Shown in pieces: positions 16,005-29,624 of a stretch of 64,000 nucleotides of DNA. The stretch lies in the NCBI RefSeq assembly GCF_009914755.1, contig NC_060939.1; one strand, given 5' to 3'. This DNA is from the human T2T-CHM13v2.0 reference genome, Homo sapiens. The notes below the pieces were generated by a model. The model was not told the origin of the DNA. It saw only the letters and a list, made by a program, of their open reading frames with translations, and ran no database searches. How positions within the stretch are numbered: position 1 is the first letter of the stretch; each line of letters opens with the position of its first letter. Made by a program: the position numbers and the translations under genes.

Positions 16005-17908
16005 CTATTTTGCAAAAGAAAACAAAAACTTACAGTAAATGATGAAGACAGTTTATTCTTGCCAATATTTCACCCTACTGGATGGCAGAGGTAGCACTTG
16101 CTTAGTAAACAATATAAACTGGCACTAAAAAAAAACCTGCTTCATTTTTTTTAAGTCTAGATAACTGTCAAATAAAGAGCAAATATGACACCTACCAAGC
16201 AACAAAGTAGACTCAAAAATTCCCCTTCTGTCAATCTTGCAGAATTCAGAAAAGTGTAACTTTTTTTTCTTTTTTCTTTTCTTTTTTTTTTTTTTTTTTT
16301 TGGTTAACTGACCAAAAAGCTGATAGGGAAATCATCTTTGGAACACATAAGAAACAGGCTGTACTCTCATCTGGGGAGCAATAAAGGCAGATGTCCCTGA
16401 AAATGTTTTACTTGGAAAATTATTAATTGCTCTTTACTGTCAGCCATTTATGCCTTCCAGTCAAGAACGAACGTGAAGGAAATGTCATAAACCTTAAATG
16501 TCAGCAAGGATTCACTTGAGGCCTACTAATAAAGATCAGATTTGAACACTTTAATGCTAATATACTTTATCACAGAGTATCTTATTTTACTCAATGGCAA
16601 TAAAAAAAATAACAGAACCCTTAAAGGGCATCCACATTGATTTCTCAGTGTGTGATTCATTTTGATTACTGATATAACTATACTTAAAATTAAGCTTCTA
16701 TTACAGAAAGCAAAATTACAAAAGAAGAGAAGGACTATTAATTCAACAAATATTTAGGGTGCCAGAGAAACAAGGAAGATAATTCTGCTTGAGAGGTGCT
16801 CACTGGCTAGAGGAGAAACAAACATGTAAATAAACGCTACAGCACAATTAGACAAGTGCTGTAACAGAGTGTGCAGATTAGTCTTTTGGAGCGAGAGAGA
16901 GAGAGGAACAGATCGTACTGGCAAAGTAGGTGACACAGGAGTTGATTCTTGAAAGGAAGGAGTTCTCTATGTGGGTAAGGGAAATGACAGCCCAGACAAA
17001 AGGAGGAACACACTGACATATAAAGGAGTACAAAAAAGGAAAGACTTATCTGAGGAATGTGGAGGTCTGCAGCTGGAATACAAGATAGATACCATGGTGA
17101 AGCTGCGAGAAAATGAGCTTAGCGCCAGACCTTGAAGGGCTATTATTTTTCCTTTTAAAAAATGTTTCACTTTTAACGAAACAGGAAATGACGTGATAAT
17201 GTTCTTTCACTTTTAATGAAGAGGAAATATTTTAGATTCACGGTTCTGGTGGTAAACAGAAGGGAGGTGGCAAAGAGAGTGGCAATAGACAATCAAGGTA
17301 GGAAGTTACGGCAATATAAATAGTCCAATCAGGAGACAATGGAAGCCTCAAGTATGGCAGTGGCTCTGAGAAGGGGGAAGAAAGGGCTAGATTGAGATGT
17401 TTAGAAGGCAGACATGAATGAACATGGTGACCAATGGAGTGTGGAGAACTGAAATAGATCCCTGGCATTATATTTCTCAGCAGAGGTGCTATTAAATTTT
17501 GGACTTGTATGGGATGGTCTTGTGCACTGGACAAAGTTCAACATCCCTAGCCCCAGCCTAGTAAGTGGCAGTAGTGTCCTACAATCACTGTGGCAATCTC
17601 CAACACCACCATACATTTCCAAACAGTCTCCACTGCCCACACTCCCGGCCCCAGTCGATAATCAGCTGACAGAGCTAAGGATGGCTGTCACAAATCCTCG
17701 TGCCAAACACAATTCACTATTCCAAATATCTTTAAACTCTTCTCTTTACCATCCCAATAATACTACCGTTCTCCTTCCACCTAGAATGTCTCCTTCATTT
17801 TCTTCCTCTTGCACCATGTTTACCAGGGTTCAAATCTTGGTCTTCTACTCACACACTCCCTCAGAATGGTCTCTCAGATCTCAACTCGAGATTTTTATCC
17901 AAACTCCA

Positions 17909-17909
17909 A

Positions 17910-17947
<38 letters not shown>

Positions 17948-17958
17948 GTCTATCTATC
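17909..17958 (+). repeat. (TATC)n tetranucleotide STR
   Basis: Direct inspection. Confidence 0.95.
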
Positions 17959-18085
17959 TCCCTCCCTCCCTATCATGTATTCCTTTCTCCTCTACATCCA
18001 CTCAGTCACCAAGCCTTGTCTCATAAGTCAAATCCTCATTCTTTAGGCCCTCCCCACTTCCTACCATGATAGCTGCCACAGTCTC

Positions 18086-18470
18086 TATGGTAGACAGAAT
18101 TCTAAGACAAGTCTCCAAGATTCCCCAACCCTGGTATATATCTCTGTATAGTGCCCTGGACTTTGAATATAATGGATTTTACTTCCAAGATTAGGTTATT
18201 ATAAGGCACAGGTGACTCTGAGCAAAAATAGTTTATGTAGGTGGGCCTGACCTAAGTTCATGGACTATAAATCTGCGTAAGAGACCAAGAAGTCAGAGAT
18301 TCAAAGCACCCTTGTTGGGTTGGAATAAGGGTAGCTTCTAGGAGCTAAGAGCAGCTCGCTGGCTGACAGAGGTCAAAGAAACAGGGATCTTAGAATTCTG
18401 CCAACAACAGCAAATGAGCTTGGAAGTGGATTCTGTGGTAATTTGTTGTGCAGCAATACAAAACGTATAC
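18086..18470 (+). mobile_element. MaLR LTR (MLT1E/D-like, internally deleted)
   Basis: tggtagacagaattctaaga...gtggtaatttgttgtgcagcaatacaaaacgtataca. Confidence 0.7.
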
Positions 18471-18672
18471 AGTCTCTAACTGGTCTCCTTGCCTCTGGAC
18501 TGATTCTCTTCCAGTATAACATCCAAACCGCCAAGGATCTTTTAAAACTACAAGCCTCATCATATTACTTGTTTACAAACCTTCTGTGGGGTAGAAAAAA
18601 AGAGAGATTACTCACGTGTGTACTATTCTGTGTGAGAAGCTACAAGGGATATCAAATAAAAAAATAACTGCC

Positions 18673-18960
18673 AGCCAGTTATGATGGCTCATGCCTGTAA
18701 TCCCAGCACTTTGGGAGGCCAAGGTGGGAGGACTGCTTGAGCCCAGAGTTGAAGACCAGCCTGGGCAACATAGTGAGACTCTGTCTCTTCTAAAAATACA
18801 AAAAATTAGCTGGTGCATGCCTGTGGTACCAAGTATGCAAGAGGCCAAGGTGGGACAATCACCTGAGCCCAGAGAAGTCGAGAATGCAGTGAATCACGAT
18901 CGAGCCACTGCACTCCAGACTGGGCAATGAAAATGAGAACCTGTTTCAAAAAAATAAAAT
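18673..18960 (+). mobile_element. Alu (AluJ-like)
   Basis: Diverged full dimer. Confidence 0.9.
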
Positions 18961-19609
18961 AGCAGACTATACCTTAAGCAAAAACCAGTGATTCTCCATC
19001 ACATTAATGATAAAACCTAAACCCTTAGAATCTTATGAGCTGCTACCTATGACTGATCTCCCAACACTAACACCCTACCATCCAGCCATTCCACACTGAT
19101 CTTACTGGTCAAAGTGCCATACTATTGTATGCCTCCACTTGCCTCTAGTTTACCTATGCAAGAGCTACATACTCAAGACTCAGCTCAAGCACTCCCTCAT
19201 CTATAAAAGCCTCCCTGACACTTTTCCCATGACACTGTGGTCCCCATCTTACTGTACCAAGAGTTTTCCCTATGTCCTCAGAGACTCTGTCCATCGCTCT
19301 TCTTAGCACCTATCACACGGTGATATCATTGATAATTTGTAGCCCCCTGCCCATTAAAATAGGGAAGGAACAGAGATGTAACTTCATCTCTGTGTCCCTG
19401 TATTTGTCATATGTTGATGGTTTTTTTTTTTAAAGTCTGCTCAATAATGAATTTCTCAATAAAGATTACTAAAATAAACTATAGCAGAGTTAGGACCAAC
19501 TAGTAAAGCTATAGCCTAAGAAACTTAGGTCTTGAGAACTTGTGTTTTGATTTTAAAAACTCATAAGAAAAAAAAATTCAGGGACTAAGTTTTGGGTGAA
19601 TTTCAAAAC

Positions 19610-20385
19610 AAAAAAATGCTATATACTGAGAAACTCAATTAGCAATCACTAACATGTCAATAATACATTTGACAAAAAGGGCTAATATCATTAATTTGCA
19701 AAATGCTCTTTAAATTCAGTAAGAAAAAGACTAACATACCAATGAAAAATGAGCAAAGAATATGAACAAGTAATTCACAAAGTAGCAAATATAAATAGAT
19801 GATGATATATTAAAAGGTACAGGCTCAACAGTAATCAAAGAAATGCTAATTAAAACAAAAAATTATTTTCTACCCATCAAGCTAGCAAAAAATAAAAGTT
19901 TAAGTGATAAAACCTAGTCTCAGCAAAACACAGGAGAAAGAACACTTTCATATATTGTTGAGTGGTATGTAAAAAAACTGATACAACCTTTCTGAAAAAT
20001 GACTTGGCGATATACAGAAAGGACCTCAAAAATCTTCACAACTTTTAAATTAGCAATCCCCCTTTTAAAATTTTATTCTAATAAAATAATAGAAAAAGAT
20101 TTGGTTACAAATAAATAACAATAAGATATTAGGGAAAAAATGTCCAATAGTGAGGGAGTATTTTAATAAATTATAGCATATCTGCAAATACAAAATTATG
20201 TAGTCATTAAAAATCATGTTGTCAAAGAATATTTAATGCTTTGGGAAGATGATGACAGTATATTGTTACATGAAAAATTGACAAGACTAAAATGTAATAA
20301 TGCATTTTTTTGTACATAGTTTTCGTAAAATGTGCCAGCTAATGGGGTTATCTTTGGGTGCTGACATTGCTGGTAAAGGATATTT
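19610..20385 (+). mobile_element. Old L1ME-like ORF2/3' fragment
   Basis: gacaaaaagggctaatatc...aaagaaatgctaattaaaac degenerate L1 text. Confidence 0.6.
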
Positions 20386-20389
20386 TTAG

Positions 20390-20846
<457 letters not shown>

Positions 20847-20871
20847 TATTTTCATCTCCTTATTTTCAATA

Positions 20872-21088
20872 CTGGGGTGGCCAAACTGTGCCCTTCAAGC
20901 CAAATCCAGCCCAAGACCTGTTTTAATATATAAAATTTTACTGGAACACAGCTATGTCATTCTTGTACATACTGTTCATAGCTGTTTTCTTACTATAAGG
21001 GCAAAAACAAAAGGTTGAGAAACACAGTATGGCCCTTAAAGTCTAAATTTTACTATCTGTCCCTTTAAAGAAAGTTTGTTGACTCCTG
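20872..21088 (-). mobile_element. MER58A-like MITE
   Basis: ggccaaactgtgccc...ttttactggaacacagc...aaagtttgttgactcctg. Confidence 0.75.
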
Positions 21089-21139
21089 TTCTATGTTATC
21101 TACAATGAATAGCCATAACTTTAGCAATAAAAATTATTT

Positions 21140-21270
21140 TGGATGTGGTGGTGCATGTATGCCTATAGTCCAGGCTACTTAACAGGCTGAGGCTGGAGGA
21201 TCACTTGAGTCCAGGAGTTTGAGTCCAGCCTGGCCAACATAGTGAGAGACCCCATTTCTTTAAAAAAGAA
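21140..21270 (+). mobile_element. Alu monomer (FLAM-like)
   Basis: About 130-nt monomer ending gaccccatttctttaaaaaag. Confidence 0.8.
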
Positions 21271-21339
21271 AATGTTATTTTTAAGAATACTGAATTTGGA
21301 AGAAATGCTACTATTTTAATGTAATCATTAAAGGTCTAA

Positions 21340-21795
<456 letters not shown>

Positions 21796-23022
21796 GGAGT
21801 CTACTAAGTAAGGTTAGCAAGGAAACTAAGTCATAGTATTTACTGGTCAGGTATATTTTACTAATTACCTCCTAAACAACTCCATCAGTGACTAGATTTC
21901 AAATGATGATGATTTTTCAATGTACTTGAAGAAAAACCAGATATATAATGTATACAGTAATACTCCCACAGAATGGCTTAAATCAAATAGGTACTAAGTA
22001 TTACCAATAAGTATTACCAAAAAAACCCCAAATTGATTCTCATTGCCCAGTACTGAATTATATAAAAGTGATACAATTTTAAAATGAATTAACACATTGC
22101 AACAGCTAAGTACAATATCTAAGACAAAAAAACATTGTTTTTGGCTTAATCTATTGAAGACAATATAAAATTATGGACATAAAAAATAAGTGATTACTTG
22201 TCAAAGTCATAAAATCTGCTTTTTAGATTGTTTTGTGAATATTTTTAACTCTTAACTAATGAGCAAATCACATGACTGGAGAATCCTCTCTTACATGAGG
22301 ATTCTGACATGACTGGTTAACCTCTCTTATCCTGTCATTCAGCTTTTCTTTATTCCCATTCAAACAAATTTAAATGCAGTCATGAGGAATCTAATGCAGA
22401 TTTTGCCACTGTAAGAACTTTGCCTTACTCTTATAAAGCTCAACACTAAGAAAGTTCTGAAAATTATTAATATATAATTGTCATTTTGGGATAATTTTAT
22501 TATCTAGGATAGATCCCAGGAAAATAAGCTTGGTAGTTTAGTATAAGTTCTTCTATTTGGAAAAATCTACCACAACCAAATGCTTAGGAAAAGCTGAGAT
22601 AAACATATAGAAGTAATGCCACCCTTTAAAAGGGGTATGCTAATCACTCAAAATAAAACTTAGTAGCAAAAGTGATTCATGAATTAATCCTCCATAACTG
22701 GACTTGTAATTCATGAAAAAGGGTATCACTATTACAGGTATAAAGCCTAGTCTACATTCTCTCAGTGGTTGTGTAACTTGGATAAGTCCCTAAGCCACAC
22801 TGAGTCTCAGTTTCAGCATCTTTCAGATGAGGAGGTCGGAAAAGAAAATCTCAAAGGACCTATTTAGATCTGTATTGTGATTCTATGAAAATGAACATTT
22901 TGCCATTCACTTTGGAGAATTTTAAGTACAATTTTCCAACTCTTCTGCCATTTTAGCCTTCAAAATTCTTGTGACCTATGCAACTAAGTACTATTTGGAA
23001 AAATGTCACTTCAAGTCAGTAC

Positions 23023-23111
23023 CTATTTGTAACCATAAGGATTGTCTTCTTGCTTCCAGGAATAGCACAGTGGTATCGGTAAGTCTCTCCTTCCAACTTT
23101 TTGATATGATT
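23023..23111 (-). CDS. VPS13C: VPS13C coding exon, start of PH-like domain (NHIKKLEGETYRYHCAIPGSKKTILMVTN)
   Basis: CAG acceptor, GTACT donor; 89 nt, phase 0 to 2. Confidence 0.93.
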
Positions 23112-25094
23112 CTGAAAAGGAAACCAGGCTCTAGATTTGGGAAGTTATGCATTTAAGTAGTATTTACAATACTGCATATTAGCTAATTATAATAATAGTG
23201 TTAGGAAAAAATTAATTAGAAATAAAAGCACAATTCTACATATTGGTACATGAAGCTAGAAAAATATTCACAGCATGTTTGTAAGTTAACTTCCACTGTT
23301 GCCTTAAAAGAAAAACATGTAATAAATGCTTACCAAGTGGTCTTCTGGTAAAATACATTTTGTTCTGTAGTAACTTAGAAATATTAAAATATCTACCAGC
23401 AATTATCACACACTTTAATTAAGAAACATATGCTAATATAAAATAACTACATTAACATTACAGGGGATTTGAAATAGGGGTCACTGGTAGCACTTTGCGG
23501 TGGGTCTCTGAACCACCTAACATAAAATAGAAAATTTTGAAAACGTAGTTCTAAAACTTTTTTCAGGGCAGTTAATATTTTTTGTCAGTTTTTTTTTAAT
23601 CACAGAGGGGGGTCTGTGATCTCAAAGATTAAGAACCACTGGTTTACATAGAGGTATTAGTAGATATTATACACATAATAAAATTCCAAGATAATTAATG
23701 TTTAATGCTTTGAACATTTGATCTTATACGTTAAACATGCGTGGGGAAGTATATTTATATATCAAATTATATTTCTTATAGAAAAGAAAATATGACAATA
23801 TTAATATGAACAATTTCTAAGATTTCAAAATAGCTGGCACAATTTATTTCTAAAAACAAATATGAGCATAAAATAATTCAAGTATAAGTAGTAGCACATT
23901 AAAACACATTTATTTTCCTTTTCAGCTATCTCAAAAGTACTGTGACTTGAATTAGTCAAATATTAAAAACGAGTTTTTTTATAATGAATGCTAATGAAAT
24001 ACTATTACTGACATTATATATAATGCATGGCTGAAAATAGATAATATATATGAAAATACAGAACATAAATATATTGAATAAATAAGACCTTGACATTTTA
24101 CGACCAAGAATATAATGCCAATATTATTAAAAGGATAATATAATCAATATAACCACAAGCAGAGAAATCACATTTGATATTATTTCAATGCTTAAATATA
24201 CATTTTTTAAAGTTGCTTGGTACCTAGTCATTCCTTGACAATTGCAAAAAGCCATGAATAAGGAAGAGGAATCCACAAAGAACTGGGATCTCATCTTCAG
24301 AATGAGTCTCAGAGAGGAGTGCAGATTTCACAGCAATAGCTACTTGTTTCACAATTCACTTGTGCGAATTAGTTAAAATCTTTTAACACTTTTGCCTTAA
24401 TTTCTTCAAAGAGAAAATGGGAAATGAATTTAATAATGTAATGCATTTATCTGCAGCTTGAAATTTAAATATGTTAAAATATTTAGATCTGAAATGCAAG
24501 TACAAGAAATACTACCCACTTTCTATCTTGTATGCATTTTCGTTAGTTATTAGGCTATTGTGCTTCAAGCCATTGACAGTTTTTAAAATATAATTTATCA
24601 CCATAATACACTTTAGAAAACTTGTCTTCAGCACTACTAAAAACCCACTACACTCTGAGATTCAGATTAAGATATTCAGTCACTAATGGCAGCAGGGAGA
24701 CCAAATTAGTTGATAAAATATTCACGTCCCCTTTCCAAAAATGCAACTCGAGGAATTTAACAATACTTTGCAAAAGCCCTTTACCCAGTAATTCAATTTT
24801 TTCAAGTAAATTCTAAGGAAATATGAAAAAGCAAACAAGATATAAAAAAGCAAAATCTATAATGATGTTTATTACAGCATTATTACTGTTAGTAGAATAA
24901 TTTAATGTCATGAATTAAGAAGAGATAAAAACACAATGTAATGTCACCTCAATAGATGGCAATACAAGAATTAAAAATGTTAATGAGGCATTTCTAAGAA
25001 CATGGAAAAATATAACTAAAACTAAAAAGCAAGAAATGCTGTTTTAAACGTTGCATGATCATAAGTATGTGAACCAAAATGAGTATTAAATGAC

Positions 25095-25395
25095 TATATA
25101 TACATACATATAATGTATGTATATATGTATGTGTAAATATGTGTATGTTTGCGTATATATGTGTGTATATGTGTGTGTATATATGTATGTGTATATATGT
25201 ATGTGTACATATGGGTATATTTTTATGTGTGTATATATATGTATGTGTATATATGTGTATATTTGTATGTGTATATATATGTGTGTATATGTATGTGTGT
25301 ATATATGTGTTTGTGTGTATGTATATCTGTATGTGTACATATATGTACGTGTGTATATATGTATGTGTATATATATGTGTGTGTATATATATATG
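25095..25395. repeat. About 300-nt (TA/TG)n alternating purine-pyrimidine microsatellite
   Basis: Direct inspection. Confidence 0.95.
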
Positions 25396-27504
25396 AAGAT
25401 TAGAGGATAAGTAGAATAGTACATCTCATGGAAATATAATATATGATTCAGTAACTCTCAAAGCTGCATATTAAAGAATACAAAGTAGTACTTAGGAGAA
25501 AAAGGAACATGAGGATCAAAAGATCCCCAAATAAATTATTTAGAATTTGGCCATATTACAAAGGGCTAAAAAGATATACTTTTATACTCTAATACTCTTT
25601 AATATTTCCATGTTTTGTTTTACTCGGTCCCTTAAGGACAGAAGGCTTCTTTTGTATATCCAGTACAGTCTAAATAATCAATAAATATTTTTACCCAACT
25701 AACTGATCACAGCAAGATAGGCAAAGAATGAAATAGCCTAAATATTTCAATTATCCATGCCCACACTTGACATCCACGACAAAAACTACCAAGTCCTCTC
25801 ATTAGTGTATAATCATTCTTTTTCTTCCAGTAATTATAATAATGCACTAAAGTTTTAAAAGTTGTCTGATATCTTAATAAAAACTAAGAAATCAGACAAG
25901 ATTATATGTTCAGACAAAATAATTAAAAGTTTCTTGAAGTTTTGTGCTTTTTGACAGAGAGTTATAAAAAGATATCACAAGGAAAAAATTAATAACAGAG
26001 CTAAACAAAACAATTAAGAAAAAATCTTAAGTTACAGGGGTTCTTAAAAGTAAGTCTCAGTAAAACAGCAATATAACCAGTAAAATTAAAAATTGTTACT
26101 TTAGAATCTCAGGAAGGGTAACTATTGGAGATGATTTAAGTCAGCATCTTGAATTAGTTATTTGTGCTTGACTCTCCTAGAAAACTGCATGTGGTGACAT
26201 TTTTGCCAATGCTAAATTATCTAGGCACAAGAAAGGTTTGTCAGCTACTTTTAACAGTTACATGTTTTGTTATACTTGGTCCCTTAAGGACAGAAGTAAT
26301 TTCCTTTGTATATCTAGCACACGCTGGTTTTTGGATGTCAGTCTTTCTTCTTTAAAGTGGTTAAACATAAAACATTCAATTTATTATTTTGATAACTGCA
26401 ATCCTTAAAATACATAATCCAACTGAACAATTATATGTTAATAGTTTCATTCTCTTCAAATATACAACACATTAAATCTAAGTTTATACTTTGGCTTCAT
26501 TTCTGAGGAGAAGCATGAAAGTTGCTAGATAAGACATTGTTAAACATTTCCATCATTTATTACAAAAAAAAGAAATTGAAACATAACTTATGTTGAGAAT
26601 TAAGAGGATATTAATTTCAAAAATAATGATTATAATTATTTTTTCTCTAAGATAATAAACCCTCTCTAAGGATTTAAAAGCAAAAGGTTGGTTTTTGAAA
26701 ATAAAGAAATCTATGTATTCAAGTGCCACACAGCAATTTGCCTAATTACATGTTCAACTTCTATCTACATTAATTAAAACTAATAATTATGAAATAAGCA
26801 TAACCAACAAGGAGATTCAATTTTTGAAAAGCAGAAATGCTAAAGGCTGAAAATGTATATAACATAATTATAAAATGGCTATCATTTATTTAGCAACAGT
26901 ACCAAGGGGTTAAATAGGAAAAAGAGGGAAGAGGAAACATATCCTCAAAATTCATGTGCCAACTATTTATTACTTGAGGTCTAAGGGCAGGCTCAGAGCA
27001 ACTGACAATTCAATTATTAAAGCAGATGCTCCAGGTAATAGTCCCGTAACTTAAGCAAATTTAGAGCCATTTGTGAAACAGAAAGCTATGTAATTCCATC
27101 ATCAAGACTCACAAACATAAACATATTAATTGGACATAATAATTGTCCTGTTTTTCAATTTTACCTGAAATGCACATGAACACCATAAGATAAAATTTTC
27201 GAAATGATAGTAACAGTATCTGCTTCTGAGCTCAATAAAGGCTTTCATCTATTAAACGCAGAAGAGAGCTGATTCTCTGCATCCTTTAATATTTTATACT
27301 AATCTCTTATTTCTGGACAGTATTACCAGGAATACCACAAGTTTTTATTTGTAGTCAATCCCACTACTATGAAAAGTTCAGATGGAGGTGAGAGTTTTAA
27401 AGAAAATTTCATTAAAATTGACAATGGAATTCACACACAGTCAATTAACACCACAGTTTGTTTTGATTTTTAAGGATGAAATCAAGTAGTAGTTTAGGAA
27501 ACAT

Positions 27505-27528
27505 TTATTCCTGTATTTCCAGTTCTTG
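27505..27528 (-). CDS. VPS13C: VPS13C alternative terminal exon, coding part QELEIQE* (short 'B-type' isoform)
   Basis: Strong pyrimidine tract ttttctttgtttttctgcctgcacag; phase 0 matches the upstream donor; agrees with my recollection of the short VPS13C isoform C-terminus. Confidence 0.8.
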   Translation of the reverse strand, partial: QELEIQE

Positions 27529-28239
27529 CTGTGCAGGCAGAAAAACAAAGAAAATAAAGTTAGAAGCATGCAGAAAGATAGATAAAACGTAATCATATAC
27601 AATAAAAACCAAAGGAAGAACAATTAAGAGGCATTTTATTTTAAAGTCAAGGTAGAAAAATATTAATACATTTCTTTTGGGGGAAAGCCTGTCATGGGAG
27701 AATAGCAATTTATATATGTATATATTATCAAAATATAATCAAGTTAAAACTAAAATAAAAGCCAAAAAGCTCTTAAATTTTTTTTAAGGTTTAACAAGAT
27801 CATAATTATACATAATCTTTTATTCTCTCATCTACTTCTAGTTACTGGAATAAATCTAGATTTACAAAGTAGTGCAAATAAATTAATTTGGTTGGGAGAA
27901 ATGGAAGCAATGAAGTTCCAATAATCAGCTACAAAGCAGGAAAACAAAATTAACAATGTTAACTAAATGAGCTATCACAGAAATAGTGATATAGCCTATG
28001 ACTTAACATTATCTTTTCTGCACACAAAAAAAAGCTTTGCTCCCATGTAGAAAAAAAATCATCTGTAATTTCCATTTAACACATGCTAAAATGAAAAACA
28101 ATCAAATTCTACTCTAGAAACTATGTATAATACTTAAAGAAGTTCAAGAATCAGGAACTTTAAGAACCACCTAGGAAATCCTGGGCCTAGAAATCATTAA
28201 AATTCCATTTCACTCGTGACCATGAAGAACAAAATTTAC

Positions 28240-28354
28240 CTCAAGTAAGTCAGAGCCCTCAGATTCCTGTCTGTCATAAGGACGAATGATGCCATCTTCA
28301 TGGATCAGGCGAGGGGGACGGAGGCTAGATACTTCCTCAGTTGATTCTGCTGCC
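28240..28354 (-). CDS. VPS13C: VPS13C coding exon (AAESTEEVSSLRPPRLIHEDGIIRPYDRQESEGSDLLE), last exon shared by both 3' isoforms
   Basis: CAG acceptor, GTAAA donor; 115 nt, phase 2 to 0; VPS13 R.PR...G.I.PY motif. Confidence 0.95.
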
Positions 28355-28647
28355 CTGAATAAGGCATCAGAGTAAGTGTAAGAAAATACGTGAGAGTCTT
28401 TCAAAATAATGTGTGTGTTGATTAAATACATAAATATTTCACAAAAAACAATCAGTAATTTTAAATAGCTTTCCCCAAATAATGCAAAAGTATTAAAACC
28501 AAGTCTGTCTGACTCCAAATCCCCCAACCTTTTCTAAAATAAAAAGAAATATCAAAATAATAAAAGCAGGGCCTAGCTCATCTACTCTTTGTATCCTTGG
28601 TGTCTAGCACAGGGCTTGGCACATGGTAGGTAATAAACATTTGTTGA

Positions 28648-28971
<324 letters not shown>

Positions 28972-29079
28972 TAGACTTTAAGATCCTTAGGAGCAGGCAA
29001 ATAATCTAATCTATTTATGTATTCCTTGTAATAATTAGCACACAGACACATACCTTGCACATAGTATGTACTCAATTAC

Positions 29080-29203
29080 CTCTGAATGCCTTGGAAGGTA
29101 CTACTGGCCATATCTACGATTCCACCAGTTGGACGGGCCACAGCACCCACAAGCCCTTTTCCAATTCCTTTAAAGAATCCAGCAGCTCCTTCCTTTTTGG
29201 CAC
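29080..29203 (-). CDS. VPS13C: VPS13C coding exon, ATG2_C-like amphipathic helices (AKKEGAAGFFKGIGKGLVGAVARPTGGIVDMASSTFQGIQ)
   Basis: AAG acceptor, GTAAT donor; 124 nt, phase 1 to 2; Gly-rich ATG2_C-type motif. Confidence 0.95.
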
Positions 29204-29360
29204 CTTCAGAAAACCAATGACCATGAATGGATAAAGATATTTTTAAATGAGCAAGTTTGAGCTCAACCAAAACCTGGGCCAGATACTGAACTGTTTTACC
29301 CAGGAAGTTACAAAAATTTGGCTTTCTAAAGAAGTTAAATGTAATCCTAATGTGATAAAA

Positions 29361-29510
29361 TAGTGGTTTCTCAAAGTGTGTTAGAAATGCGCATTCCTGG
29401 GCCCCACCCCAGACCTACTGAATCAGAAACTCTGGGGGCGGGGCCAGCATTTATGTTTTTCTAAGCACTCCAGGTGATCCTGACACATGCTCAAGTTTGA
29501 GAACTACTGA
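29361..29510 (+). mobile_element. MER5A hAT-Charlie MITE
   Basis: agtggtttctcaaagtgtg...ccccaccccagacctactgaatcagaaactctggggg...agtttgagaactactg. Confidence 0.85.
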
Positions 29511-29624
29511 TCTAGGAGTCTCATCAGTACCTGCAACTTGCAGGTGTAAGAAGGGACCAGTAAACATTCTCTTTTTTAATGCTGACCGTTAGATTTTTCA
29601 AGGAGTGTGCTTTTAAAAAAATAC

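Noticed and set aside
25086-25424. Overlapping Y/I/C/V/M-rich ORFs
   Set aside because: Artefact of the stop-poor (TA/TG)n microsatellite
28210-28239. Read-through of the donor giving a VNFVLHGHE* C-terminus
   Set aside because: A short open run past a donor is expected by chance; no supporting evidence in the sequence
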